A DNA stretch of 64,000 nt, taken from contig DATAOC010000046.1 of assembly GCA_036265915.1 (NCBI GenBank), positions 4,787-68,786 on the forward strand, in the 5' to 3' direction. Positions 36,284 to 44,755 of this stretch are shown here, in pieces (positions within the stretch are counted from its first letter, which is position 1; the number at the start of each line of letters is the position of its first letter). This DNA comes from Candidatus Methylomirabilota bacterium (GTDB lineage Bacteria; Methylomirabilota; Methylomirabilia; Rokubacteriales; CSP1-6). The position numbers were made by a program, and so were the translations under genes. The notes under the pieces were generated by a model. That model worked only from the letters and a program-made list of their open reading frames with translations, was not told where the DNA came from and made no database searches.

Positions 36284-37393
36284 CTAGGCCGCGCGCGCGG
36301 CGGCTCCGGCGTGCGCGAGCCGCTGCTGCAGCATCCCGAGCACGACGGCCTCGTCGCCACTGAGGCCGGCCACGTCCTCCACGATCGCCCGCTCCGTGCG
36401 GCGGCGGAACGCGTCGAGGGTGACGCCGTCGAGATAGGCGTCGAGCACCGCGGGGTGCACGTAGCACTTGCGACAGATCGTCGGCGTGTTCCCGAGCCGG
36501 CGCGCGACGGACTCGACCGCGCGCAGGATGTTGCGCCGGGCCTGGCGCTTCGAGGTGAACGCGGCCACCTCGCTGAGCGCGAGCGCGGCCAGCACCGTGC
36601 CCGCCCATGTCCGGAAATCCTTTGCGGTGAAGTCGGCGCCGGTGATCTCGCGCAGGTAGCCGTTCACGTCGGCAGAGTCGATGACCTGCCGGCGTCCCTC
36701 GTCGTCGACGTACTGGAACAGCTCCTGGCCCGGGAGCTCCTGGCACCGCCGCACGACGCGCGCGAGCCGTGGATCCCGGACGTCGACCTCGTGCTCCTTT
36801 CCGCTCTTGCCGCGAAAGCGAAAGCGCAGTGTCGAGCCGGACACGGCCACGTGGCGGTCGCGCATGGTCGTGAGGCCGAACGATCCGTTCTGCCGCGCGT
36901 ACTCCGCGTTGCCGACGCGGATCAGCGTGCTCTCGAGCAGGCGCACCACCGTCGCCAGGACCTTGTCGCGCGGCAGGCCGGGCAGGGCCAGATCCTTCTC
37001 GACGCGCGCGCGGATGCTCGGCAGCGTCTCCGCAAAGGCGAGCATCCGCGCGTACTTTGCCTCGTCGCGGACCGCGCGCCAGCGGGGGTGGTAGCGGTAC
37101 TGCTTGCGTCCGCGCGCGTCGCGTCCGATGGCCTGGATGTGTCCGTGCGGCGCGGCGCAGATCCAGACGTCGGTCCAGGCCGGCGGGATGGCGAGCGACC
37201 GGATCCGCCCCAGCGTCTCGGCGTCGCGGACGCGTCGCCCGTGCGCGTCGACGTACGTGAAGAACTTTCCAGCCCGGCGCCGCGCGATGCCCGGTCGGCC
37301 TTCGGTGACGTACGTCAAACCGGCCAGTTTTGCCGACTCCACCGGGTCACTCACGATGCGCGGCAGCGAGCGGCGGCGTCGGGCTCTCGGCAT
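36284..37393 (-). CDS. DNA topoisomerase IB (poxvirus-like bacterial TopIB)
   Basis: ATG at 37393 (MPRARRRR...), 369 aa, with AIPPAWTDVWI, GRDARGRKQYRYH, RFRFRGKSGKEH and C-terminal GNTPTICRKCYVHP (putative active-site Tyr). Confidence 0.85.
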   Translation of the reverse strand: MPRARRRRSLPRIVSDPVESAKLAGLTYVTEGRPGIARRRAGKFFTYVDAHGRRVRDAETLGRIRSLAIPPAWTDVWICAAPHGHIQAIGRDARGRKQYRYHPRWRAVRDEAKYARMLAFAETLPSIRARVEKDLALPGLPRDKVLATVVRLLESTLIRVGNAEYARQNGSFGLTTMRDRHVAVSGSTLRFRFRGKSGKEHEVDVRDPRLARVVRRCQELPGQELFQYVDDEGRRQVIDSADVNGYLREITGADFTAKDFRTWAGTVLAALALSEVAAFTSKRQARRNILRAVESVARRLGNTPTICRKCYVHPAVLDAYLDGVTLDAFRRRTERAIVEDVAGLSGDEAVVLGMLQQRLAHAGAAARAA

Positions 37394-37421
37394 GGTCCTT
37401 GAAGCTCGTTCAGCAAGGGCT

Positions 37422-39278
37422 ATGCCGGCGCGACGACTTCCGATCGGAGCCGAGCTGCGGGGCGCTGCAACGGAGTTCCGCGTCTGGGCGCCACGCGCGC
37501 GCTCTGTCGACGTCGTCAGCCAGTACGGAGACGTCACGCCGCTTCTGGCGGAGGAGCGCGGCTACTTCTGCGGCACGGCGCCGCTGCGGGAGGGCGATCG
37601 CTATCGCTATCGCCTCGACGGCGGAGAGCTCTATCCCGATCCAGCGTCCCGCCGACAGCCGGAGGGACCGCACGGTCCGTCCGAGGTCGTCAATCCGGAT
37701 GCGTTCCGCTGGACCGACGGCGGATGGCGCGGTGTCACACGCCGCGGGCAGGTCATCTACGAGATGCACGTGGGCACGTTCACGCGCGAGGGCACGTGGG
37801 CGTCGGCGGCACGTCAGCTGGCCGAGCTCGCGCGCTTCGGGATCACGGTAATCGAGATGATGCCGGTGGCCGACTTCCCGGGGCACTTCGGCTGGGGCTA
37901 CGACGGCGTGGCGCTCTTCGCGCCGACGCGTCTGTACGGCGCGCCCGACGACCTGCGCGCCTTCGTCGACCGCGCGCACGGAGTCGGCATCGCGGTCATC
38001 CTCGACGTCGTCTACAATCACCTCGGCCCGGACGGCAATTATCTCGGCGCCTACTCGCCCGATTACTTCACCGATCGCTACGTCAACGAGTGGGGCGAGG
38101 CGGTGAACTTCGATGGACCCGACGCGGAGCCGGTGCGCGAGTTCTTCGCCTCGAACGCGGCGTACTGGATCGACGAGTTCCACATGGACGGGCTCCGGTT
38201 CGACGCCACCCAGCAGATCTTCGACGCCTCGCCGGAGCACATTCTCGCCGACATGGCGCGACGTGCGCGGGCGGCGGCGCCGGACCGCCGCGTCTTCCTC
38301 GTCGCCGAGAACGAGCCGCAGGAGGCGCGCGTGGTACGCCCGCCGGAGCGCGGCGGCTTCGGCTTCGACGCGATGTGGAACGACGACTTCCACCACACGG
38401 CGCGCGTGGCACTGACCGGGCGCTCCGAGGCGTACTACTCGGACTACAAAGGCCGGCCGCAGGAGCTGATCTCGGCGGTGAAGCGCGGCTTCCTCTACCA
38501 GGGTCAGCACTACGCCTGGCAGCGCAAGCGGCGCGGCGCTCCGGCGTGGGACATGCCGCCCGCGGCGTTCGTCGCCTACACGCAGAACCACGACCAGGTC
38601 GCGAACACCGCGCGCGGGCAGCGCCTGCACGCGACGGAGAGCGCCGGCCGGTGGCGCGCGCTCACGGCGCTGCTGCTGCTCGGGCCGGCCACGCCGATGC
38701 TGTTTCAAGGCCAGGAGTTCGCGGCCTCCGCGCCGTTCGTCTACTTCGCCGACCATCGTCCCGACCTCGCGGCGCTCGTGAGCAAGGGGCGGCGCGAGTT
38801 CCTGGCGCAATTCCCCAGCATCGCGGCCGCCGAGGTCAGCGCCTGCGTGCCCGATCCGGGCGACGCGTCGACCTTCGAACGCTGCAAGCTGGACCTGGGC
38901 GAGCGCGAGCGACACGCCGAGGCCTACGCGTTCCACCACGATCTGCTCACGCTGCGCCGCGAGGACGCCGTGTTCCGCACGCAGGCGGCGCACGGCATCG
39001 ATGGCGCCGTGCTCGGACCGGAGGCGTTCGTGCTGCGCTTCTTCGGTGAGGCAGGGGACGATCGGCTCCTGGTGGTGAACCTGGGCCCCGACCTGCCGCT
39101 GAGCGTGATGCCGGAGCCACTGCTGGCGCCGCCCGAGCAGCGCCGCTGGGAGATCACCTGGTCGACCGACGATCCCCGCTACGGCGGCTGCGGTGCCGCG
39201 CCGTTCGACACCGATGGCCCGTGGCGGCTTGGCGCGCACTCAGCACTGGTGCTGCGTCCCGCGTCGCGGCTCGGCTGA
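37422..39278 (+). CDS. treZ: Malto-oligosyltrehalose trehalohydrolase (GH13)
   Basis: ATG at 37422 (MPARRLPIGAEL...FRVWAP), 618 aa, with GH13 blocks VILDVVYNH, GLRFDA, LVAENE and NHD. Confidence 0.9.
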   Translation: MPARRLPIGAELRGAATEFRVWAPRARSVDVVSQYGDVTPLLAEERGYFCGTAPLREGDRYRYRLDGGELYPDPASRRQPEGPHGPSEVVNPDAFRWTDGGWRGVTRRGQVIYEMHVGTFTREGTWASAARQLAELARFGITVIEMMPVADFPGHFGWGYDGVALFAPTRLYGAPDDLRAFVDRAHGVGIAVILDVVYNHLGPDGNYLGAYSPDYFTDRYVNEWGEAVNFDGPDAEPVREFFASNAAYWIDEFHMDGLRFDATQQIFDASPEHILADMARRARAAAPDRRVFLVAENEPQEARVVRPPERGGFGFDAMWNDDFHHTARVALTGRSEAYYSDYKGRPQELISAVKRGFLYQGQHYAWQRKRRGAPAWDMPPAAFVAYTQNHDQVANTARGQRLHATESAGRWRALTALLLLGPATPMLFQGQEFAASAPFVYFADHRPDLAALVSKGRREFLAQFPSIAAAEVSACVPDPGDASTFERCKLDLGERERHAEAYAFHHDLLTLRREDAVFRTQAAHGIDGAVLGPEAFVLRFFGEAGDDRLLVVNLGPDLPLSVMPEPLLAPPEQRRWEITWSTDDPRYGGCGAAPFDTDGPWRLGAHSALVLRPASRLG

Positions 39279-41305
39279 TGGACCGACTCGTGCGCCGCCT
39301 CGACATGGGCGTCGTTCGCACGCGCGACGGCGACGCGCTCCGGGACCGCGAATGGCTCGTCACCAACGGTCTCGGCGGCTACGCCTCCGGCACCATCGGC
39401 GGCGTGCCGACCCGGCGCTATCACGGCCTGCTCATCGCGGCGATGCCGGCCCCGCTCGGACGCGTGGTCATGCTGAACCAGATCATCGAGTCGGTCCGGG
39501 CCGGCGACGGCGCCGCCTACGCGCTCGGCGGATCGGACACGGTCGGTGGTGATTTGAGGGAGTTCCGACTCGAAGAGGGCTTGCCGGTCTGGGTCTACCG
39601 CGCCGGCGACGCGGTCGTGGAGAAGCGCCTGCTGATGCCGCATCGGCAGAACACGGTGCACCTGCGATACCGGCTGATCGAGGGAAAGACCGCGCTGCGA
39701 CTCAGCCTGCGCGCCGCGCTGCACTTCCGACTCCACGAGGCGCCGGTGAGCGAGGCGCAGGACGTGACCTACACGCTGAGCGTCAGCGGCGACCGCTACG
39801 AGGTGCGCGGGCCCGCACGGCTGCCGACGCTGCGGCTCTTCTTGCACGGCCAGCACGCGAGCTTCACGGTGGAGCGCCGGCACACCGACGATGTCTCGTA
39901 CGAGGTCGAGAGCAGCCGCGGCTACGCCGATCGCGGCGCCCTGTGGAGCCCCGGCGAGTTCCACGCCGATCTCGAGATGGCGCAGGAGGCCACGCTCGTT
40001 GCCTCCACGGAGGACTGGGGCGTGATGCTGGCGCTCGGTCCCGAGGCCGCGCGCGGGGCGGAGCGCGAGCGCCGACGCCGGCTGCTCGCCGCGGCGCCGG
40101 CGCACGCGCGCAGCGGCATGGCGGGCGAGCTCGTCCTCGCCGCCGACCAGTTCGTCGTCACGCCGGCGGGTCGCGTGGAAGACGCCGCGCGCGCCCGCGC
40201 CTCCGGCGACGAGGTGCGCACCGTGATCGCCGGCTATCACTGGTTCACCGACTGGGGACGCGACACGATGATCAGCCTCGAGGGCCTGACGCTCGCCACC
40301 GGGCGCTACCCCGAGGCCGGCTTCATTCTCCGGACCTTTGCGCACTCCGTCCGCGACGGTCTGATCCCGAATTTGTTTCCCGAGGGGGAGAACCACGGCG
40401 TTTATCACACCGCGGACGCGACGCTGTGGTTCTTTCACGCGCTCGACCGGTACGTCGAAGCGACGCACGACCGGACGACGCTGGCTCTGCTGCTGCCGGT
40501 GCTTCGCGAGATCGTGGGCCATCACGTGCGCGGCACCCGCTTCGGCATCGGCGTGGATCCCGCCGATGGCCTGCTGCGCGAGGGCTTCGCGGCGCTGCCG
40601 TTGACGTGGATGGATGCCAAGGTCGGCGACTGGATCGTCACGCCCCGGCGCGGCAAGCCCGTCGAGATCAACGCGCTCTGGTACAACGCGCTGCGCCTGC
40701 TGGAGCGGTGGACGCGCGAGACGGACGGCGACACCGCCGCTCAGCCCTACGCCGAGCACGCCGCCCAGGTCGCGCGCGCCTTCAACTCGCGATTCTGGTA
40801 CAAGGACGGCGAGTATCTCTACGACATCGTCGACGGCGACGACGGCGACGACGCCGCCTGCCGCCCGAACCAGATCTTCGCCGTCTCGCTGCCGCACCCG
40901 GTGCTCGACGCGGCCCGCTGGGAGCGCGTCGTCGACGTGGTGCGCGAGCGGCTGCTCACGCCGTTCGGGCTGCGCTCGCTCTCACGCGAGCATCCCGACT
41001 ACAAGGCGCGATACTTCGGCGACCTGCGCGCCCGTGACGCGGCCTATCACGAGGGGACGGTGTGGGCATGGCTGATCGGCCCGTTCGTCGACGCGTGGCT
41101 GCGCGTGCACCCCGCCGACCGCGCCGGAGCCGCCCGGTGGCTGGCCGCCTTCGACGGTCACCTCAGCGACGCGTGCGTCGGCAGCATCAGCGAGATCTTC
41201 GATGCCGAGCCGCCGTTCACGCCGCGCGGGTGCATCGCCCAGGCGTGGAGCGTGGCGGAGGTGCTACGGGCGTGGCTGCTGTGTGCGGCGCCCGCCTACC
41301 AGTGA
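39278..41305 (+). CDS. Amylo-alpha-1,6-glucosidase / glycogen debranching enzyme (GDE_C-type)
   Basis: The ATG at 39278 shares one nt with the treZ TGA. 675 aa with EWLVTNGLGGYASGT...TRRYHGLL N-terminus and WFTDWGRDTMISL. Confidence 0.85.
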   Translation: MDRLVRRLDMGVVRTRDGDALRDREWLVTNGLGGYASGTIGGVPTRRYHGLLIAAMPAPLGRVVMLNQIIESVRAGDGAAYALGGSDTVGGDLREFRLEEGLPVWVYRAGDAVVEKRLLMPHRQNTVHLRYRLIEGKTALRLSLRAALHFRLHEAPVSEAQDVTYTLSVSGDRYEVRGPARLPTLRLFLHGQHASFTVERRHTDDVSYEVESSRGYADRGALWSPGEFHADLEMAQEATLVASTEDWGVMLALGPEAARGAERERRRRLLAAAPAHARSGMAGELVLAADQFVVTPAGRVEDAARARASGDEVRTVIAGYHWFTDWGRDTMISLEGLTLATGRYPEAGFILRTFAHSVRDGLIPNLFPEGENHGVYHTADATLWFFHALDRYVEATHDRTTLALLLPVLREIVGHHVRGTRFGIGVDPADGLLREGFAALPLTWMDAKVGDWIVTPRRGKPVEINALWYNALRLLERWTRETDGDTAAQPYAEHAAQVARAFNSRFWYKDGEYLYDIVDGDDGDDAACRPNQIFAVSLPHPVLDAARWERVVDVVRERLLTPFGLRSLSREHPDYKARYFGDLRARDAAYHEGTVWAWLIGPFVDAWLRVHPADRAGAARWLAAFDGHLSDACVGSISEIFDAEPPFTPRGCIAQAWSVAEVLRAWLLCAAPAYQ

Positions 41306-42354
41306 ATCCACTGGCCGGCCGACAGGATCGCGACACGGTCCTCGAGACCGCGCGCCACCGCGGCCTTGAGCAGCCGCTCGGGCGGCTCGGCGAACGGCTC
41401 ACGGTTCAGCTCGAACGTGCCGAAGTGGATCGGCACCATGAGGCGCGCGTTGACGTCCTCGAGTAGCTGCAGCGCTTCCTCGGGATTCACATGGTTGGGA
41501 TGCCGGCGGTCCCACGCGCTGTACCCGCCGATCGGGATGGCGGCGAGGTCGAACGGCCCGAGCCGCTTGCCGATCTCCTGCAGCGTGGGCGTGTATCCCG
41601 TGTCGCCCGCGAACCACAGCCGCTTGCCGCCACCCGCGATGGCCCAGGACGACCACAGCCGGAGATTTTGATCGCGCAGCCCGCGACCCGAGGAGTGCTG
41701 GGCCGGCGTGCAGGTGAACGTCACCCCGCGCAGCTGCGCGGCCTGCCACCAGTCGAGCTCCACGACGTCGTGCGCGCCGTGGTCGGCCAGCCAGGACTTG
41801 AGGCCGAGGGGCACGAAGAAGCGGGGGTGATGCTCGCGGACGAGCCGCTCGACGGTGTCCACGTCGAGATGATCGTAGTGGTCGTGCGAGATGACGACCG
41901 CGTCGATGTGGGGCAGATCCTCGAATCGCATCCCCGGAGCCACGAGCCGGCGGGGACCCGCGAAGTCGACCGGACTGGCCCGCTCACCCCAGTGCGGGTC
42001 GGTGAGGATGTTCAGGCCACCAACCTGGATCAGCAGCGTGGCGTGACCGATCCACGTGACGGTGGGGCTCGTGCCGTTGGCGCGCAGCTCGGCGCCGTCG
42101 TTCGGCAGGACGGCGGGCGTCCGGCCGCGCGCCGGCCAGCCCTCGAAGCTCCGGCGCACCATCCGTCGGGTGCGCTCGATGAGGGTGAAGTGGTACGTCG
42201 AATCGAGGTTGCGGAAGCCGCGCGCCAGGTGATGGGCGGGGAGCGCGGAGGTCGCGGGATCGGCGTGGAGAGTGACCACGCCGCAGGCGAGCACGCTCGC
42301 CAGGACGCACAGCAGCGCGAAGAGCAGGCGTTGACGCGGGCGCAACACATCCAC
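41296..42354 (-). CDS. MBL-fold metallo-hydrolase (NAPE-PLD-like) with N-terminal membrane/lipoprotein leader
   Basis: 352 aa with ISHDHYDHLD metal motif and leader LLFALLCVLASVLAC. Confidence 0.85.
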   Translation of the reverse strand: MDVLRPRQRLLFALLCVLASVLACGVVTLHADPATSALPAHHLARGFRNLDSTYHFTLIERTRRMVRRSFEGWPARGRTPAVLPNDGAELRANGTSPTVTWIGHATLLIQVGGLNILTDPHWGERASPVDFAGPRRLVAPGMRFEDLPHIDAVVISHDHYDHLDVDTVERLVREHHPRFFVPLGLKSWLADHGAHDVVELDWWQAAQLRGVTFTCTPAQHSSGRGLRDQNLRLWSSWAIAGGGKRLWFAGDTGYTPTLQEIGKRLGPFDLAAIPIGGYSAWDRRHPNHVNPEEALQLLEDVNARLMVPIHFGTFELNREPFAEPPERLLKAAVARGLEDRVAILSAGQWIHW

Positions 42355-42422
42355 CCTATCACGACAGCCTCGCGTGATACCAGAGGATGTCCTCGCAACG
42401 TACTGTAATCGTTACATCGGCG

Positions 42423-43235
42423 TTATGTGACGATGGCCTCCAGCACGCAGACCGCCTCGGGCGCCACGGTCTGCGCCGCGATGGTCTCCGCGCAGAACAG
42501 GTGGACCAGGTCCCGGTCGTGGAGCCGATAGCCGACGGACAGGTCACCGCCGACCGTCAGCACGAAGTCGCCACCCCGGGTGGAGAAGACCGCGCCGGCA
42601 CCCGAGATGACGGGCGAGCGGTGCACGGCGGCCAGGACGTCCTTGAGCTGCCGGGCCGTCGGGTAGCCGCTCTCGTCAGCGGCCTGCAGGTAGGCGTAGT
42701 AGCGCGCCGTCGGCAGAACCGCCTCGTAGGGGCCGGGCACGCCGCGCTCGTCGAGCGTCTCGACGGCGCGCAGCAGGTCCGCGAGCATCTCGCCCGGGCG
42801 CGACCAATCCTGCGCGCGCACACGCGGACTCTCCTTGTCCGTCAGAAAGCCGCCGCCGACCGGGTCGCCGTAGAACGCGAGCCGATCCTCGGCCAGCGCC
42901 GCCTCGCGCGCCGCGGCCTCGGCGGGACTCGTGTCCAGCACGGGCGCACCGCGCTCGAACACCTCGATGGAGGACCAGGGCACACTGAAGTCCACGCGCA
43001 CCTCGCAGAGCAGAACGACCTCGGGCACGCAGACGGTCGCGCGGCCCTCCGGAGCCCCGCACGGCGTCATGGAGCCCGTCCGCGCCGCGACGTGATCCCA
43101 GCCGTGCGGACCATCGAACGTCGCGATCCGACGCGCGGCCAGGACGTGGCGCGCCGCCTGCGCAACGGACTGGTCGAGCGCCGTCCAGACGCGCTCGGGA
43201 ATGGGAGCGGTGTGGCGCCGCAGGTAATCCGTCAT
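42423..43235 (-). CDS. Family 1 encapsulin nanocompartment shell protein (linocin M18-like, HK97 fold)
   Basis: The ATG at 43235 is preceded by GAGGAGG and overlaps the cargo-gene stop (ATGA). 270 aa with N-terminus MTDYLRRHTAPIPERVWTALD...ATFDGPHGWD. Colinear with encapsulins. Confidence 0.9.
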   Translation of the reverse strand: MTDYLRRHTAPIPERVWTALDQSVAQAARHVLAARRIATFDGPHGWDHVAARTGSMTPCGAPEGRATVCVPEVVLLCEVRVDFSVPWSSIEVFERGAPVLDTSPAEAAAREAALAEDRLAFYGDPVGGGFLTDKESPRVRAQDWSRPGEMLADLLRAVETLDERGVPGPYEAVLPTARYYAYLQAADESGYPTARQLKDVLAAVHRSPVISGAGAVFSTRGGDFVLTVGGDLSVGYRLHDRDLVHLFCAETIAAQTVAPEAVCVLEAIVT

Positions 43236-43615
43236 CGCGTGCCTCCTCGCAGCGAGCCGATCGAGGCGCGCGTGCCGGCACGCGCGCCGTTGCCGTTGCC
43301 GGCGCCTTTTTCCACGACATCTTCGAGCTCGGTGATGGAGCCTTCGCTGAACAGGTACGTGCGCAGGACGCCGGAGAATCCGTCGTCGCGGCGCCGGATC
43401 CACTCGAGGACCATCGCCGCGTGCTCCTTCTCCTCGTCGCGGTTGTGGCGGAGGATCTCGCGCAGGTCACCGTCTTCCGTCGCATCCATGCGCTGCTGAT
43501 ACCAGTCGATCGCCTCGAGCTCCTCCATCAGGCTGACGATCGCCCGGTGCATGTCGCGCGTGCTGGGCGACAGGCGCTCCTCGGACTCGTGGAACGTGGT
43601 CGAACCCTGTGCCAT
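43232..43615 (-). CDS. Encapsulated ferritin-like protein (EncFtn cargo) with C-terminal targeting peptide
   Basis: 127 aa with GGAGGAG upstream. Ligand motifs are MEELEAIDWY and NRDEEKEHAAM. A Gly/Asn linker is followed by C-terminal SIGSLRGG, as in encapsulin targeting peptides. Confidence 0.9.
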   Translation of the reverse strand: MAQGSTTFHESEERLSPSTRDMHRAIVSLMEELEAIDWYQQRMDATEDGDLREILRHNRDEEKEHAAMVLEWIRRRDDGFSGVLRTYLFSEGSITELEDVVEKGAGNGNGARAGTRASIGSLRGGTR

Positions 43616-43648
43616 CGATGGCTCCTCCGGTAGGTTGTGACTCCGCCC

Positions 43649-43668
43649 GTTGTCGATGCATCAAGAAC
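43649..43668. promoter_or_regulatory. Imperfect 20-bp palindrome in the encapsulin/Rieske divergent spacer
   Basis: GTTGTCGATGCATCAAGAAC has 8 of 10 positions symmetric around a GATGCATC core. A TTGACA -35-like hexamer lies at 43682..43687. Confidence 0.25.
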
Positions 43669-43728
43669 CGGGCCGCCAGCCTTGACATCGCCGCGGGCGG
43701 GCGGCTAGGACAAGGCGGGAGGCATCCG

Positions 43729-44046
43729 ATGACGACGGAGCGAAGCGTTCGGATCGGACGCGCGGCCGACGTGCCGGTGGGCACCGGCACGGTCGTGGAG
43801 GCGGCTGGCAAGACGCTCGCTGTCTTCAACGTGGCCGGCACATTCTACGCGATCGACAACGAGTGCAGCCATCGGGGCGGACCGCTGGGCGAGGGTGACC
43901 TCGACGGAACGGTCGTCCTGTGCCCGTGGCATGCGTGGCGCTGGGACGTCACGACCGGCGCCAACGTGAACAATCCCGCGGTCAAGGTCGGTTGCTACGC
44001 CGTCACCGAAAGGGACGGCAGTCTCTTCGTCGACCTCGGCGGCTGA
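43729..44046 (+). CDS. Rieske [2Fe-2S] domain protein (NirD/ferredoxin-like)
   Basis: The ATG at 43729 is preceded by GGCGGGAGG. 105 aa with CSHRGGPL ... CPWHAWRW cluster motifs. Confidence 0.85.
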   Translation: MTTERSVRIGRAADVPVGTGTVVEAAGKTLAVFNVAGTFYAIDNECSHRGGPLGEGDLDGTVVLCPWHAWRWDVTTGANVNNPAVKVGCYAVTERDGSLFVDLGG

Positions 44047-44097
44047 TCGGCAACTACGCTATACTCCTGGCGGTCCACATCTCGAGGGAGGTGCTCC

Positions 44098-44346
44098 ATG
44101 CGGCGTCTCGTCATGGCGGTCGTGGTCGGCGTCAGCACGCTGGTGCTGGCGGTGTCCGCGCAGGCGTTCCAGTGCCCCAAGCTGGTCTCACAGATCAATG
44201 CTCAGGCCGGAAACCGTCTGGACGCCGCGGCATACGACGCGCGCCAGAAGGCGATGCAAGCCGAGCAGCTGCACAAGGAAGGCAAGCACGCGGAGTCCGA
44301 GAAGGCCGCAAAGGAAGGCCTCGCCATCCTCGGGATCAGCTCGTAA
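44098..44346 (+). CDS. Small secreted hypothetical protein
   Basis: GAGGGAGG lies upstream. 82 aa with Sec leader MRRLVMAVVVGVSTLVLAVSAQA and a Lys/Glu/Ala-rich helical mature part. Confidence 0.55.
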   Translation: MRRLVMAVVVGVSTLVLAVSAQAFQCPKLVSQINAQAGNRLDAAAYDARQKAMQAEQLHKEGKHAESEKAAKEGLAILGISS

Positions 44347-44395
44347 CGACCAGGGCCGTCGAGCGGGGCCGCGCAGGTGCGGGGCCCCACGCTCG

Positions 44396-44587
44396 TCAGC
44401 GTCGACGCAGCGAGGTGAGACGCTGCCGACCGGCGCGCTCGGCCTCCTCCGGAGACTCATAGGCCATCCACTCGCGCGTCCAGCTGGTCTCCAGGACCTC
44501 GTCGCGCTCGCAGTCTCGAATCTCCCACCGCCACAAGCACGGCTCGCTCATCAACTGCACTTCCACAGCCAGCCGTTCTCTTTCCAT
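44396..44587 (-). CDS. Small hypothetical protein (63 aa)
   Basis: The ATG at 44587 is preceded by GGAGGAGGGG. This is the C-terminal part of listed ORF 44396..44914. The sequence CLWRWEIRD...VLETSW...YESPEEAERAG weakly resembles a YegP/DUF1508-type repeat. Confidence 0.5.
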   Translation of the reverse strand: MERERLAVEVQLMSEPCLWRWEIRDCERDEVLETSWTREWMAYESPEEAERAGRQRLTSLRRR

Positions 44588-44618
44588 ACCCCTCCTCCTG
44601 CCAGGCTCGGGTAGAAAA

Positions 44619-44639
44619 GTGCAAGGCATATGCCTGCAC
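44619..44639. promoter_or_regulatory. Palindrome in the 168-bp divergent spacer
   Basis: GTGCA-AGGCATATGCCT-GCAC, with a perfect 12-bp core at 44624..44635. It lies 32-52 nt upstream of the 63-aa gene start on the minus strand. Confidence 0.3.
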
Positions 44640-44755
44640 ACCGGGCAATCGCGGCGCGCGCAACGTCCGACGAATCCACGTGAGTGCACGAACGCGAAGG
44701 CGACGATGGGTAGCGCATTTCCAGAATCTTCCCAGGAACGTCGTTCAGGGCTACA

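Noticed and set aside
36284-37393. Topoisomerase IB, the RNase H-fold gene (27974..28630) and the PLD gene (25493..26785) as hints of a prophage, plasmid-derived island or defence island.
   Set aside because: There are no integrase, transposase, capsid, terminase or tRNA-flanking genes. No shift in GC or codon usage is visible. The PLD protein has a lipoprotein leader, and the neighbours are ordinary metabolic genes.
44098-44346. C-terminus EGLAILGISS of the 82-aa protein as a possible second encapsulin cargo-targeting peptide.
   Set aside because: The protein has a classical Sec signal peptide (…LAVSAQA|F), so it should be exported and could not be loaded into a cytoplasmic encapsulin. The resemblance to the GSLxIGSLK consensus is also weak.
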